A stretch of DNA of 64,000 bases from the NCBI GenBank assembly GCA_964252035.1, contig OZ176205.1, one strand, 5' to 3'. The position numbers were made by a program, and so were the translations under genes. Below the pieces are notes generated by a model that was given only the letters and a program-made list of their open reading frames with translations, had not been told where the DNA came from and did not search any database. The stretch is from Podarcis erhardii. Taxonomy: Eukaryota. Positions 26,961 through 39,970 of this stretch are shown here, piece after piece (position 1 is the stretch's first letter; each line of letters opens with the position of its first letter).

Positions 26961-28354
26961 AAGCTCCCTCTCTGCATGATTTATTGGATTATCACCAGGT
27001 TGGGCACTGTTTTCTTGTTATTTTCACGCTTTGTCATCACTATTGCTGCCAACACCTCCCCATTCAACAGTATGTTATTTCTTCTACACACATAAGTATG
27101 AGAGAAACTTGCTTACTTTCAGCAACTTCCACGTTGCTTTCGGCTTCCTCAGAAGCCAGCTGTCATAGAATGAGTGCTGTGAGCTATCCCCACTCCTGTG
27201 CAATCGTGATCATCTTCCCATGAAGTCTTGCGATCCCTGAATCCATACATATGCATGCTCATTACTTCCTCTTCTATGGCACTGATTCTATATCCCATTT
27301 CAAAGAGTAAGGCCAGCATTTGGTTGCATTAGTATAGTGGTAGTTATTACTTAGATGCATGCCTTATGTAAGGCTGTTCCATAGTGTTCCTGAATTTCTA
27401 TAACATAAAAATGGTTAGAAGCTTCAAAAGGTTGTAAGCTGAGGGGAAAGCAGTTACCAAACCATTTTGCAATTATAAATGACAAATGGAGTATAAACCC
27501 CAGATTAATTATTTAAGGCAAAGAAATGCCTAGCTCAAGCCATGCTACCATTGAATTTAAGTCTCGACAGCAACACACAAGGCTTTCAAAATAATGAAAC
27601 GAAATGGCAGAAGTAGAAAGAGAAATAGCACTCGTATAACAAATTTCAGTTGATATATTGCAGGCACAAATCCAAAATTGTTAATAATGAAGCATTCGGG
27701 TTTTATTCATTCTGTAGGTTATAACAGAAGAAGCTGACAAGATACTTGGAGAAATTTGACTGACAGTTTGCTTGTTACGTGCCTGCCCCTCATGCTTATT
27801 TAAGGCTAGCCATAAGAATCTTGTTGGTCTGTTTTTAGCTCTGGTAATTGCCTCAGAGAAGGAACTTAACATTTAAGGAGCAGAACTTTATTTTTCTAAG
27901 CTTTCGAAGAAATAAAAAATATTGTTCTGTGCTGTCCCTTGAACAATGGAAAGTTCAAGACTCTTTTTTACAGCATCAGTTTCCTTTTTGAAGAAGGTAC
28001 CCAAGAGGCATATGGTATTTTTGTTTTCTGTTTGTTATTTACAAGTATGGGCAGATTATACATTACTCTGGAAATGTACTTGGGCAAGCAGAACTGGATT
28101 CATTAAATGTATCAGTCTTATATAAAAAACAGTACCCTTGAAACTCAAAAATGTTCCCCCCCCCCTCAAGCCAGTCATTGTCCGTTAATTAGTATCCGTT
28201 GTTAATGATGAAACTACTGCTAAACAAAAGACAGTATGGCTCACAAATTCCTTCATGATTTATTTTTAGTATTCACAAAGGGGGAAGTATTAACGCTGCA
28301 ACATTGTTTGTGTCTCTTCTCTGTACTGTTTATAAATACTGAATAATTTGCAAA

Positions 28355-28466
28355 ATATGCTTTCAAAATATAATGACTATATAAGTTGAGTACAGAGGGA
28401 TCAATGTGATATGCTTTCAAAATATAATGACTATATAAATTGAGTACAGAGGGATCAATGTGATAT
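28355..28466. repeat. 54-bp tandem duplication (2 copies plus 4 bp, 1 mismatch)
   Basis: atatgctttcaaaatataatgactatataa(g/a)ttgagtacagagggatcaatgtg starts at 28355 and 28409. Confidence 0.95.
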
Positions 28467-29072
28467 CATAGCTAACAATAGATTTTTCAGCTCATTAAGG
28501 ATGAAACTAAATTTGGGGGCAACCCATAAATGCAATGTTAAAAAAAAAAAAAAGCTAATCCTGTGAAAATGTATTTTATAAGGTGTAGCTTATTCCTTTA
28601 AGGGAGGCATACATCTACAATGCTTAGTTAATAAGAAATATAAACAAACTAAGATTACCCAGTCAAACCCAATGAGTAAATTTTTAGATGGTTGCTTACA
28701 GACAAGCTTTTGTTGTGGGATTGTTATCACTCACACATGCAAATTTTTCACAGCACCCATATGAAACTTGCTACCAGCTTTCTGTTGTTTTTATGCCTTT
28801 ATTGTCTGTGTAGTGTGCATTACATTGCTTTTAAACTTTGGGTAGTTTAATGCTAGGTACTTGGGTTTAATTGGCTTATCATTGTTATCTTTAATGAATG
28901 CCTAATGTCTGATTTGTTGTTGTTGTTTTTCATGTTACCTGACAGTTGGTTGACTGGCTGGGTCAAAGCAATATGTGAAATTGTGCCTCCCCGCCTTTTT
29001 ACTCCAAAACACACAGTGCCAGGCCACTGAAGGGTGGTGACAAAGATAACTTTCACTTGGCAGAATTCTTTT

Positions 29073-29150
29073 TATAAGAATGCCATGCTGGATCAGACCA
29101 AAGGCCCATCTAGTCCAGCATTCCTATTTTCACATAGGCCAATAAGATGA
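29073..29150 (-). mobile_element. Short CR1 3' end fragment
   Basis: ataagaatgccatgctggatcagaccaaaggcccatctagtccagcat is the reverse complement of a CR1 terminus. Confidence 0.65.
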
Positions 29151-29544
29151 GAAATTTGCAAAGAGAGCCTGAGTACAACATCATTCTCCACTCTGAGGAT
29201 TTCCAGCAAGTAGTAATAAAACATGGCCTTTATAGGACTCTTAAATAAAAGCTAATATACTGTTCATTTGAGAAACTTACTCCATTTGCAGATGTTTTGC
29301 AACATACACTCTGATCCAGCATTTCCTTGTAAGTGCTGGAGCTAGATTGTGCATATGAACCCTCCTACCCACAAGGGCTTTCCATCTTCAGAACTGAATC
29401 TTCCATTTAAATAAATTGGGACCATCCTGTATGCCTTGGAATGCTAACCAGGCTCCTAACTGTAATTATGGAGACTTCTTGCTTACATTATGTAAGTAAG
29501 TTGATAGTTATACAATTTTTAGAAGACATCTGAAGACAGCCCTC

Positions 29545-29650
29545 TATAAGTTTTTAATGTTTGGTGTTTCATTGTCTTCTTATATGTGTTGGAAGCCGCC
29601 AAAGCGGCTGGAACAGACACATGGGTGGGGTACAAATAATTAAATAATAA
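29545..29650 (+). mobile_element. L2-type 3' tail fragment
   Basis: tttttaatgtttgg...ggaagccgccaaagcggctg...atgggtggggtacaaataattaaataata resembles squamate L2 3' ends. Confidence 0.5.
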
Positions 29651-29937
29651 GAATATTAAAACTGATTAAAATCAGCTTTAGGGAGATTCATTTATCATTG
29701 TTTATTGTAGACGTTGCTGTTCATATATTGAAATAAAAATGAATTCCTTCATTAATTATAAACAATGTCACAAAAATGTTTGTTGTCCTGTCTAATATGT
29801 TCTTTATTCTATGCAATATGCGCTGTCTACCTCTAAAATTTAATGTAAGAGCACATGCAACCTTTGCCACTGTCTATACTATAATTGCAGTAAAATCTTA
29901 ACATTCTCATTACTGTATTATCTTTTGTTTTTTACAG

Positions 29938-30001
29938 GTCAATGCACAAACTGACACAGCTAGAGAGGCTTGACCTAGGCAATAATGAATTTTCTGAGTT
30001 G
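29938..30001 (+). CDS. LRRC7: LRRC7 LRR exon, 64 bp: SMHKLTQLERLDLGNNEFSEL
   Basis: Acceptor ttttgttttttacag, donor gtaaga, phase 2/0. Confidence 0.96.
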
Positions 30002-30688
30002 GTAAGAAAAACCTGTTTTAAAAGGCATAACAAAACATGTATGTTCAGTAGTGTTCAGTATATCAATGCAATTTTCCTCAGTTCCCACTATGAGAATTGT
30101 GCTGCCTGCAGAAACGAGTAACTCTACTATTTTGCTTTCCATACATGTAAAAGCTGCATAGGATCCTGCTTTGCATTGGTAATAAAAGGAATTCGTGATG
30201 AAATATTTTATGTCCACAGACAGGGATAATAATGAGGGTGTACAAATAGTAAGTCTCTTATTTATGGCACATGATACTCTGGATTGTGTGACATTATGGG
30301 GAAGGGTTGATAGATATGTCGGATCTTGCTTCAGAAACCAGCAGCATCACAGAAGCTGTGAGAATAAAAGCCTTAACTCCTAATACCTGACAGTTCAGAG
30401 TTTCTGAAATACTAAATCAGCCATTACTTCTCTGTGCTGCTTCTTCTCAGTGTTAGTTGATCCATCCTGATAGATGGATTTAGACCAAACCACACTCAGA
30501 AATGTGACTTGTAATATTTAACATAATCATCACTTATAAGTACAACCTTGAAGAAAATGTTGAAGTAATCAGATTAAAGAACTATAGTTCTATTCTGATT
30601 TTGTTTGCAAAAGATAATCACTTGGCAATAATTAAAATATCATTTGGTTTGCATAAATGTTATATTTATAAAATATACTTTTTTACAG

Positions 30689-30763
30689 CCTGAGGTTCTG
30701 GAACAAGTTCAAAATCTAAAGGAATTATGGATGGACAGTAATTCACTTCAAACACTGCCTGGG
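30689..30763 (+). CDS. LRRC7: LRRC7 LRR exon, 75 bp: [25 protein letters not shown]
   Basis: Acceptor cttttttacag, donor gtatgg, phase 0/0. Confidence 0.95.
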
Positions 30764-32983
30764 GTATGGATATTGTATACATTCATGTGTTGTTTAGTTT
30801 CATTTCTTGTTAATACTGTATAGGGAGAAGCAACACTGAACATGTTTTTGGACAAGGATACTAACATAATGTTGCATAGTAATGTGTAAAGAATAAACTT
30901 AAATTGATTTGTTCTGACACTGCACAACTCTGCAAAATTTCAGCTATGTATATATTTCTGTTATATTGAAACATTTGAAAGATGTTATTTCTTTAACAGG
31001 TGATGGGCTTCAATTGATCTAAGTTGCATAAGGCTCTCAGAGAGCCTTATTGCTGCTTATATATGAACAATTTTTAAAAAATATTTCATGCATTTCACTA
31101 CTGAAGGGTGTCTAGCTAACAAAGCATCTGCTAATCTGACTCTCATTGCTGCTATTTCTGAACAACTAGATCTGATACAAATAACCTAGATACCATATAA
31201 TAATATTTCTAATCATTCTTATGTGTGGAACAAGAGAATGCACTCCAGCAGCTTGTGAGACACCATCTCAACAAGAGATGAATGCTGCTTATAGACATGC
31301 TAGTTGCAGATCACACACATCTAGAGTGGTTTTGGGGATGACAGCCAGATGAGTATATGATAACTTCTGCGTTCATATAGTAACACAGGATCATGATGTC
31401 TAAAGGGTGAAGTTGTTCTAGGAAATAGTACAGTGAGAATGTGTAGCCCCCTTGGATCTCTGGTCCTAAGTAAAGCACGCACACACGCACAGGGGCCCTG
31501 CCCACTGAACTGATGGTTTATTTCTATTTTGACTCCTCTTGTAATACAGTTTTTCCTATCTTCAGCTGTCAGTTTATTGAGTTTGGCATGAAATAAATCA
31601 CTATAGTGTGAATCCAGCAGCACCTAACCCCATAACAAAGGGACTTCTGCTTATGTCAATTCTCCCCCTGAGCTTCAGCCCTCTCCCGAACATATCCAGT
31701 GCTGTTCTGGAGGGGCCCCTTTTTTGTAAGATGAAGCAGGAAGAGGGAAGTAGGGAAGCTATAATCTGTGAATGGAACTCTGATCAGTGTTCTTAGGCTC
31801 CAACTCAATGATTTTAAGAGAATTTTAATATAAGAATTCTAGTTCAAGCACACAGAGTAAATCATCTTAAGGCAAATTTCTGTGCTGTGACTTGAACAGA
31901 GGGTAGTGTTTTCTGTACAGCTTTTGCCTAGCCTTTAGCATGTAGAAGTCCATTTTCAATTTAAATACTACAGCATATGCTACAAAAATGCCTTTGGGTA
32001 ACAACATTGCTACTTCAGCTCAATATAAGAGCACTCTAGTTCAATTGGCAATGTGATTTAGTGCTTGTAGAACTTTTTCAAACCCTTTAAATGTATTTAT
32101 ACATATCCAAAGTAAGTGTTGGATTCTGTTTCACATATTCATATCTGTTTGATGATTAGCAGTGTCAGAGTCGACAGCGCTTACCATCTGTTGTGTAGTG
32201 CTCAGGTAATTCCAATCCAACAACTGAAATTCATGAAAGGATCACGCGCAGGAATGGTGCAATTTAGTGAAGGATCCGTATGCAACATCCTTATTTTCTG
32301 CATTAAGACACTGAAATATTCTTACATTTAAGAACTATTCAGATGTATCTTTATAAATAGCACTAATGATTTTCACTGATATTTTGAGAGGCGCCTAAAG
32401 TCTGTGAAATACGTGAGACAAGTATCTGAGTTGCCTTTAAGGGCAGCTCTATGTAGAGCACATTGCAATAATCCAATCTGGAAGTTATGGGGTTGAGAAA
32501 TAATGGGGATGAGGGGTCTGTGTGTATCTTCAGTATCCCTGTCTAGACACCCCTTTCGGTTTGTTAGCTCACTGCTCAGAACTCACATTTATTGGTTAAG
32601 CAGAGGTAGCAGGGTGAATTGGAATGTGGGAGGTATGTGTAGGCCTTCCAATTCCTTGCAACAATCTGTGCCACAGACTTTGTGGATGCACTTATACCAA
32701 AAATTGCTCTGTTAGGATCCTATCTTGTGTGAGTCATTGGGAAGAATCAAACCTCCCCATTTAAGTAGTGATCATTGTTGCTGTATCTTTAGATACAAGT
32801 TTAGAACAGTGGTTTTTCTAGTGTACTTGACCAATGAAACATCAGACCAGATCACTTTTGCTTCTGTAATCACCATTAGCTTTCTATTAACTTTAATTTC
32901 TAAATATTATTGCTGTTAACCATTGGTGCCTGCTACGAAATGTAAATCTAACCAACAACCTATTCTTATGTGATGTCATCAAG

Positions 32984-33128
32984 CCTATAGGAAGGTTAAA
33001 GCAGCTGGTGTACTTGGATATGTCAAAAAATAGGATAGAAAGTATAGATATGGACATATCAGGATGTGAAGCCCTGGAAGATCTACTGTTGTCATCCAAC
33101 ATGCTACAACAACTGCCAGATTCTATAG
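32984..33128 (+). CDS. LRRC7: LRRC7 LRR exon, 145 bp: [48 protein letters not shown](G)
   Basis: Acceptor catcaag (weak pyrimidine tract), donor gtaaag, phase 0/1. The peptide is a clear LRR. Confidence 0.92.
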
Positions 33129-33694
33129 GTAAAGAAAGAAATGTTGGCTAAATGTGTGGTATGTGTGAGAGGTTGTTGCTAAGAAAATGGGCTTTTGTTA
33201 ATAGATGCTGGTTTGGATTCAAGGGTCCGTTTCTTCTGAATCAAGATTAAGATTTATCTGCCTCCCCTATCATTCATTATCCTGTAATTATTATTAGCAA
33301 CTTTATCTCTAAAATAACATACTGTTTTTATGTTAAGAGTTAAGAATTATATGAAGAATACAGGTATAACGTTTTGAAGTTTTACTTCATAATACAGAAA
33401 AGTGTTCCTGGTCACATTGCCTTGCATCGCAGTTTTATGTGTAGAAACTCATATTTGAATATGAGGTGCAATTATATTTTAATGCCAGAATCTGTCCATA
33501 GGTTTATTTTTAACTATAATACATGTGTTAGGGAGGTGTGTCTGTAATTTAGCTTCCTGCTATGAAGAAATACTATGGAATGGCTTTTTTCACATTACCT
33601 AAAATTCATGTCCTCAGGCACAAGTGTGAAACTACATGTGCAAAAATACAAAATAGTAATCCACTGTTAAACTGCATGACTTGTATCTAGTGCT

Positions 33695-34012
33695 AGTTCT
33701 ACTCAGAGTAGACCCACTGAAATTAATAAACATGGCTGACTTCGGCACATTAATTTCAGTGGTCCATATTCAACTAAATGGTTGCACGAGGAAAAGCCAG
33801 TGCAAGGATTCATGCTAGCACAGTAAGAATTCCCCCTCTCCCCGCTATCTTGTGCCATCACCAAATCTAGTCTGGAGGGGTTAGAACCTCCCAGAATAGA
33901 TTTAGGAGGCTTTGTGGGGAGGAAAGGAGAAAAAGTTCCATGGCACCAATAAAATCCTTGCTGCTGATGGAGCCTTAGCTACTGATGCAATAGGTCTACG
34001 AAGAGTAGAACT
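33695..34012. repeat. Old palindromic MITE whose right arm is split by a second palindromic insert of about 230 bp
   Basis: Perfect 13-bp inverted repeat cactgaaattaat (33715-27) / attaatttcagtg (33749-61). The outer arm agttctactcagagtagacc (33695-33714) pairs 17/20 with ggtctacgaagagtagaact (33993-34012). Confidence 0.55.
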
Positions 34013-34320
34013 TAGTTAAATTCAACCCTGTGTTTTTTGCAATTAGAAGATACTGTGTTTGCAAATTTAGGGATCACATGAGAAAATATGTTTGAAACAA
34101 CTGCGTAGCCACCTCTGGAAGAGGATTCTTTTGAACTAACCCGGAATCCTTTATTTAAAAAATACTATTCATTATTCCATTTATTTTGTTACTTCTGCTG
34201 AAACTGGCCTCAGAATAGGCACTATGACCACTAGTATTGAGAGTTGAAAAAGGGGTGTACTTCACAGTAAAAAAATAATTATAGAGGGGAAATATGCTGT
34301 TTTCAATATCTAACACACAT

Positions 34321-34378
34321 CTCTCTCTCTCTCTCTCTCTCTGCCTCTGCCTCTGCCTCTGCCTCTGCCTCTGCCTCT
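34321..34378 (+). repeat. Compound microsatellite (CT)n-(CTCTGC)n adjoining a splice acceptor
   Basis: ctctctct...ctgcctctgcctctgcc... ends about 15 nt upstream of the exon at 34394. Confidence 0.95.
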
Positions 34379-34393
34379 GTCTTTCTCTTTCAG

Positions 34394-34466
34394 GGCTCTT
34401 GAAAAGGCTTACAACTCTAAAAGTAGATGACAATCAACTCACAGTTCTCCCCAATGCCATTGGAAA
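34394..34466 (+). CDS. LRRC7: LRRC7 LRR exon, 73 bp: (G)[23 protein letters not shown](N)
   Basis: Acceptor ctttctctttcag, donor gtaagt, phase 1/2. Confidence 0.96.
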
Positions 34467-37400
34467 GTAAGTGGTGGAAGTTTATAGATTTGATGTATTT
34501 AGCAATAACATTGTTTTCAAGACAAATGTGTATTTTCTGTCTAAGGAGGAAATGGACGCTTAAACCTTCCTGGGTGTGTACCTCTTGTGGTCTCTCATGC
34601 TTGGCCGCCATATGTCCAGGTGGCTGTTAGCGGTCTTCCCTCTGGCAACCTGGACATCTGGCTTGAGTTCCCGCTGGCTGCTGCATCTCAAATGGGCCAA
34701 TCAGTGGCCTCCCATGGGGGGGGGGTGCCTCGCCAACTGGTAGTACATTGGCTGTACATGTGCCCTCACAGCTGGTGAGTCATAAAAGCTGGGGGCACTG
34801 AGGAAATAGCTTTTAGCTTATACCAGGATGTTGTCTTGTCTGAGTTTTATCTGAACATCTCAGAATTATCTTTCCACATCCTGCACATCCATCATGACTT
34901 CGCCTTCTACATTGATAGGACAGATGTGTTTCAACATGATCCTTCCCCCCCCCCATGTGTTCTGAGGGCTCTAGAAAGACTCTACCTATGTTGACTCAGG
35001 TCCTTTCATGTTGTTTTCTGAAAGCTATAAATTTTGCTATGGACTGGCATAGCTCCCAGTACCAATGGGAATCCGCATCTACTTTTACAAGAGCCACGGC
35101 CTTTCAAAGAGGAATTTCCAGCTTCTTTTGCAGGCATCTTTGTTTGTCAGGCATGATGCTATGGATATTTAGGCTTGGGCAGGTACCTCTTTTTGATGGG
35201 CTGTGTTGAGCTCAGCAATTACTAGTCAGTATTGCCCCACCTTGGGGTAAATTAGCTTGCTATTCTACCATGTGTGAAACTGCACAAAGACCCCAAAGAA
35301 AAGCAGGATGTTTGCCTGCAACTTTAGTTCATGTGGTCATATGTTCACTCAAACAACCCACCCTTTTTCACACCTGCTGTCACTCAAGTGTTTCCTTATA
35401 TAACTGCCATCCGTTAGTATCTGAGAGGGAATGTAGGAACTACACCCCTTGAACATGTGCTTTGGGCAGATTTCCTGCCAAAATGTTTATCAGAAGGTTT
35501 CAGACTTTGCACAGGTACAAAACTCCATGTATGTGCCTGCACAAATGACTACTCAAGGAGCTACAGTTTAAGATAAGCAACCTGTTTTTCTTTAAGTGTC
35601 ATTGATTTCGTTTGAAGAACTGAGCACATGCTTAAATCTCTTCTGTTAAGATCGATGGGAATTACAAGTGCTTAACTTGAGCTGTGCTGTGTTCATAGTG
35701 TTCTTTTCTGTTATACAAAATTTTGAAATGCTTTCCAAATGCAATGCCTGCTTTTTGTGGGACATGTGGGGGATAACTTAACAGCCTACTCCTTACAGCT
35801 TCATTGCCTTGTGTAGTGAGAAATAAACAGACAAGGGCATAACAGCAGCAACATGTTCTGGTAAATAAACTGTTACTTTCTTGATCTAGTTCCATTGCAG
35901 CATAGAGAAGGAATCACTGTAGCACTCTTAAACCTTAACTCTGCTCCTTAATTATAAAGTTGGATCAGTTTTTTAAATTGAAAGTGTAAAAATAATAAAT
36001 ATAAAATTCAAAGACTATCAAGATTCTTTTAAATTTCCCTTGCTAAGTGGAGTTACAGAATAATTTTAACAACTAAGTATAAAACAATAAGTGTTTTGTA
36101 GAATCATATTTATTTATAAATAATAGCTTTGGTAGCATTTTCCAGATGTTTAGCAAGAGCTTAATGAGCGGTAATAAAAAACAGATACATAAATTACTAT
36201 TTATTGAGATGATAGCTTTGGCAGACAGTGTTTTGTTCTATTTTTATCATTTGTGTAGCTGATGAGAGTTTTGTGAGAACTCCAGTAAATGTATGTTGCA
36301 TCATGTAAAGTGTCATATATGAATATTTTTATATATGATTCAGTTTGGACTGTGCAGAAATTGTTGCAAGAAGAACCTTGCTTTTCAGTGATGTGCAAGT
36401 TAAAACTATTTATGTTAAAGATTTTTGTTGTTTGATTTAAATTTGCAATGTAATTTTTTCCATAAGGTTTCTCTTTTATGAAATGATTATTTAAATTTAC
36501 AGAAGAATGGGACAATTTAAATAATGGGGGGGGAGCTCTCAATGAGTCACAGGTGCAAGCTCATGAGTGCCACCACCCACAACTGTCTTCCACACATTTG
36601 CAAACCAGTTTTTTTTAGAATTTTTAGGTATTTTCTAAAGCTTTGCTCTGTTAGCTGTTACTGCAGCAGCATGGGATCCAGCCACAGGAAAGTGGCAACC
36701 AGGCTACAGAAATCATGAATAATGGGATCTAATAGGCTTTTCCCCTTTTCTCTCTTTTATTATCTATATTTATTGATACTTGTCAATAAATATACTGCAC
36801 TTGATCATTAGTAGGACATGCTGTGTTTCCTTCCTTGCAAATGTTCTCATCTTCAAAGTATCTTAACTAGACCTAAAGCTTCTTAACATTTTGAAATGAT
36901 GCTTGTATATTTTTGTCTTTATACTGAATATTCCACATAATTTTAGAATCTTGATGACCATGGCTGGCATGAATATAGCAATTATCATTTACATCTCATA
37001 ATTTGTCAATTTAAAATGACCAATTTGTTTCATTCTCATTTTGCAATTGAGAGGTTATTACATCATCCTAAGTCCTTATAACATTTTTCATATTTCAGCT
37101 GTACAAATAGGATTTTCCTCCCCTTTAGCCCCGCAGTTCTCGGTGTGGGAGGGGCAGGTGCAGTGGCTGAAGGAGAAAGTGAATGCTGTTGCATCCACAG
37201 ACATGATATTAGATTGCTCCCTTAATGCTTACGTAATGAATGATTTTGTGATAGCACTTTGCTTCAATCCTGAATGCCTTTGATCTGAGCAATACATGCC
37301 TTTTTATTTACACATATAAAGTTGCTTTATACTGAGTTATACCATTGGTCCATCTATCCCAGTATTGTCTACTCTGATTGTTGATGGCTTTCACAGCTGT

Positions 37401-38329
37401 CTTTCTCAGTCCTGCTACCTGAGATCCTTGAACTGAAGGTGCCAGGGATTGAATTCAGCATTTGGTTAGTGTGGATACGTTTGAAATGCAACATTTCCCC
37501 TCTTCCATATATTCTGTATTGCTATTCTAGGAACTGGTGGCAGCTGAAAGGGAATTGCAATAAATGATAACGTTTCTTGTCTGGCTGTAGCATCACTGAA
37601 GGTGCAGCGTGATCATTTTGCCAGGTGGTCTACTAAAGCACAGTCACCTATGTCTACATCTTCTGTCAGCGCAAGCCTAAAGTGGATCTGGGCCAAGTTG
37701 TCTGAATACTGCCTTTAGAAATGATCACTTCCTCTGGCTTAAATTACAGCTTGGCAGCCGCAAGCATGTAATGAAAAGCCTAACAAAGCTTTCAGCTGTT
37801 CTCTTTCCAACCCACTTCATGAATCACTGTGCAGTTCTTAAGAGGATGACACACTTCAGTCCTTCAGGCTAGTGTGGTCTAGTAGCTAGTTGCAGGGGAG
37901 ATGTGTGGGGAACCAGATGGGCTGTGGGTTGTGGAGCAGCTGCTTTTAGATTTGTTCGTCTGAGGAACGTCGAAGTAAATAACTGAAGGCCGTATTGGGC
38001 ACTTGCTATTTTACTGTTGCCAATAAATTTATGGGGGAAAGCTTTGATCTTGGTCATTTGTAAAATATAATACTTCTGTTAATGAGAAGTCAGTATGTAC
38101 CCCCTTCCCTCCTGTCCTGGGTAGTTGGTAGCCAGTTTTATACCTGCTGCATAACCATAACATTATGGTAGTTCAGGATTTATTGAAACAGTTTCTTTTT
38201 AATTCAGTCAAGCTTTCAATAGAGAGTGCCACTTGTCAGGCTGTTTTAGCAGTTAAATTCACAGAATTGTTGCAGAATTATTTTGAAGGATTATGAAAAC
38301 TTATATATTTATTTTCATGTTTATCTTAC

Positions 38330-39970
38330 CCTGCATCAAATCAAGTGACCACAAGGGTGGGACACATCAATTATTAAAAACAACATCAATAAAAAATTGA
38401 GAACAGTATGCAATTCATAAATATTATAACTGCTCTCTCCAAGTATCAGTGGCTAAGTACCCCACATCATTAAAAATCTGGATAAAGAGGTAAGTTTTAA
38501 CTTGGTTCTGAAATCCAACCAGTGTAGACACCAACCTAAATTCAAGGTGGAGGGCATTCCACAACTTTCCACAGGTCTCTTCACAAGTCTCAGGTGTATG
38601 AACCCCACTTGGTGATGGAATAGTGAGTATAGCATCTCCAGCAGGCAGGATAATATAGGATGAGGTGCTCCTTCAGGTAACTTAACCCTAAAATTCTCAG
38701 ATCATTATAAGTCAACATTAAAACCTTGAAATAAGCACAGTAGCATATTGGCAGACTGTACAAACTCTTCAGAACTGGTGTTATATGAACTAAACTGGCT
38801 GAACCACTCAATACTCTTGCCATGGTGGTCTTCCCCTGCTACAACTTCTGAACCATTTTCAAGGGCAAAGCCCCACATAGAGTATATTAGAGTAATCTAA
38901 CTTGGAGTTACCAGACTGCAGGAGCCTGCTGCCAGGCTATCGCCGTCTAAGAATGGCTGTAGCTGGCAAGCAAACTGGTGCTACTAATAGGTGTTCCAAG
39001 ACACGTGAATCCAACCGCACCTCCAGATACCGTCAGAAGGAGTGCAGCTCACTCCAGAATATGCCATCTATCCAGTTCTTGAACACAAGAATCTCCTCTC
39101 AACAGGATCTCTATCTTGTCAGGATTCAGCTTCAGTTTTGGCTGTCATCCAACCCATTACTGCTTCCAGACATCTGTCCAACAACTGCACAACCTCTCCT
39201 GACTCAGATGATATGTAAAGACAGTGATTACCAGGCTTTGGGAGGGAGCTTGAAGGACCGTGAGATGCTTTGAAGGCCGTGAGAAGGAGCCTCCTGCCTC
39301 CTTCCCAGATACCTTGCTTACTGGGCATTGGGAATGAGGTGTAAAAGCTCTGGGAAAGTCCCAAGAGCGTGGTAAGTGAGGCGGAGGGCAAATCCAACAC
39401 TGGACAGGTGGGGTGGGGGAGGTGCACCAGGGGTGGGGGTGTTCCTGGCTTTACGCAATGGCAAGAGCTTTTTGATCCATCTGTCTCGCTTACCTGGCTC
39501 TGGGAGCATCCCGAGGCTTGTGCAGTAAGTGAGGCAAAGGGCCAGGCCTGCTCCAGACAAGTTGAGAGTGGTTTCTGGGAATCCTGGCTTCACACAATTT
39601 TGCCTTTGCATGTGGACTTTTAGAACTGAACCCTCATGTATGTGGCAGGTCCACTGTACCTTGAAGAACTCTCAGAATGGCTGTAACATCTATTTAAACA
39701 GCGTGGGGGACAGTATGGAATTGTCTTGGTGCCATTCTCTGGAAACAGCCCTGTAGGTAGAAGTTGAACCTCTGTTTCACCATGTTTCTGACTTCCAGCT
39801 ACAGAACTGATTCAGAATGAAACAGTGGTCAGTGCTATCAAAAGCCACCAATAAGTCTAGGAGACTTAGCAGGATTGCATTCCCCTAGTACAGGTCAATC
39901 AGAGCAACCAAGGTCATTTCAATACTAAAACTGAGCCTGAAGCCAGACTGAAATTGGTCTAGACAATCCC
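38330..39970 (-). mobile_element. L2 LINE ORF2 (reverse transcriptase) fragment, degenerate, with an internal insertion
   Basis: Minus-strand remnants read LDQFQSGFR, LLDLLVAFDSTDH, SILSPTLF, LLDRCLEAVMGWM and HITPVLKSLYSLP, in the order expected for L2 RT and its C-terminus. Boundaries are approximate. Confidence 0.8.
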
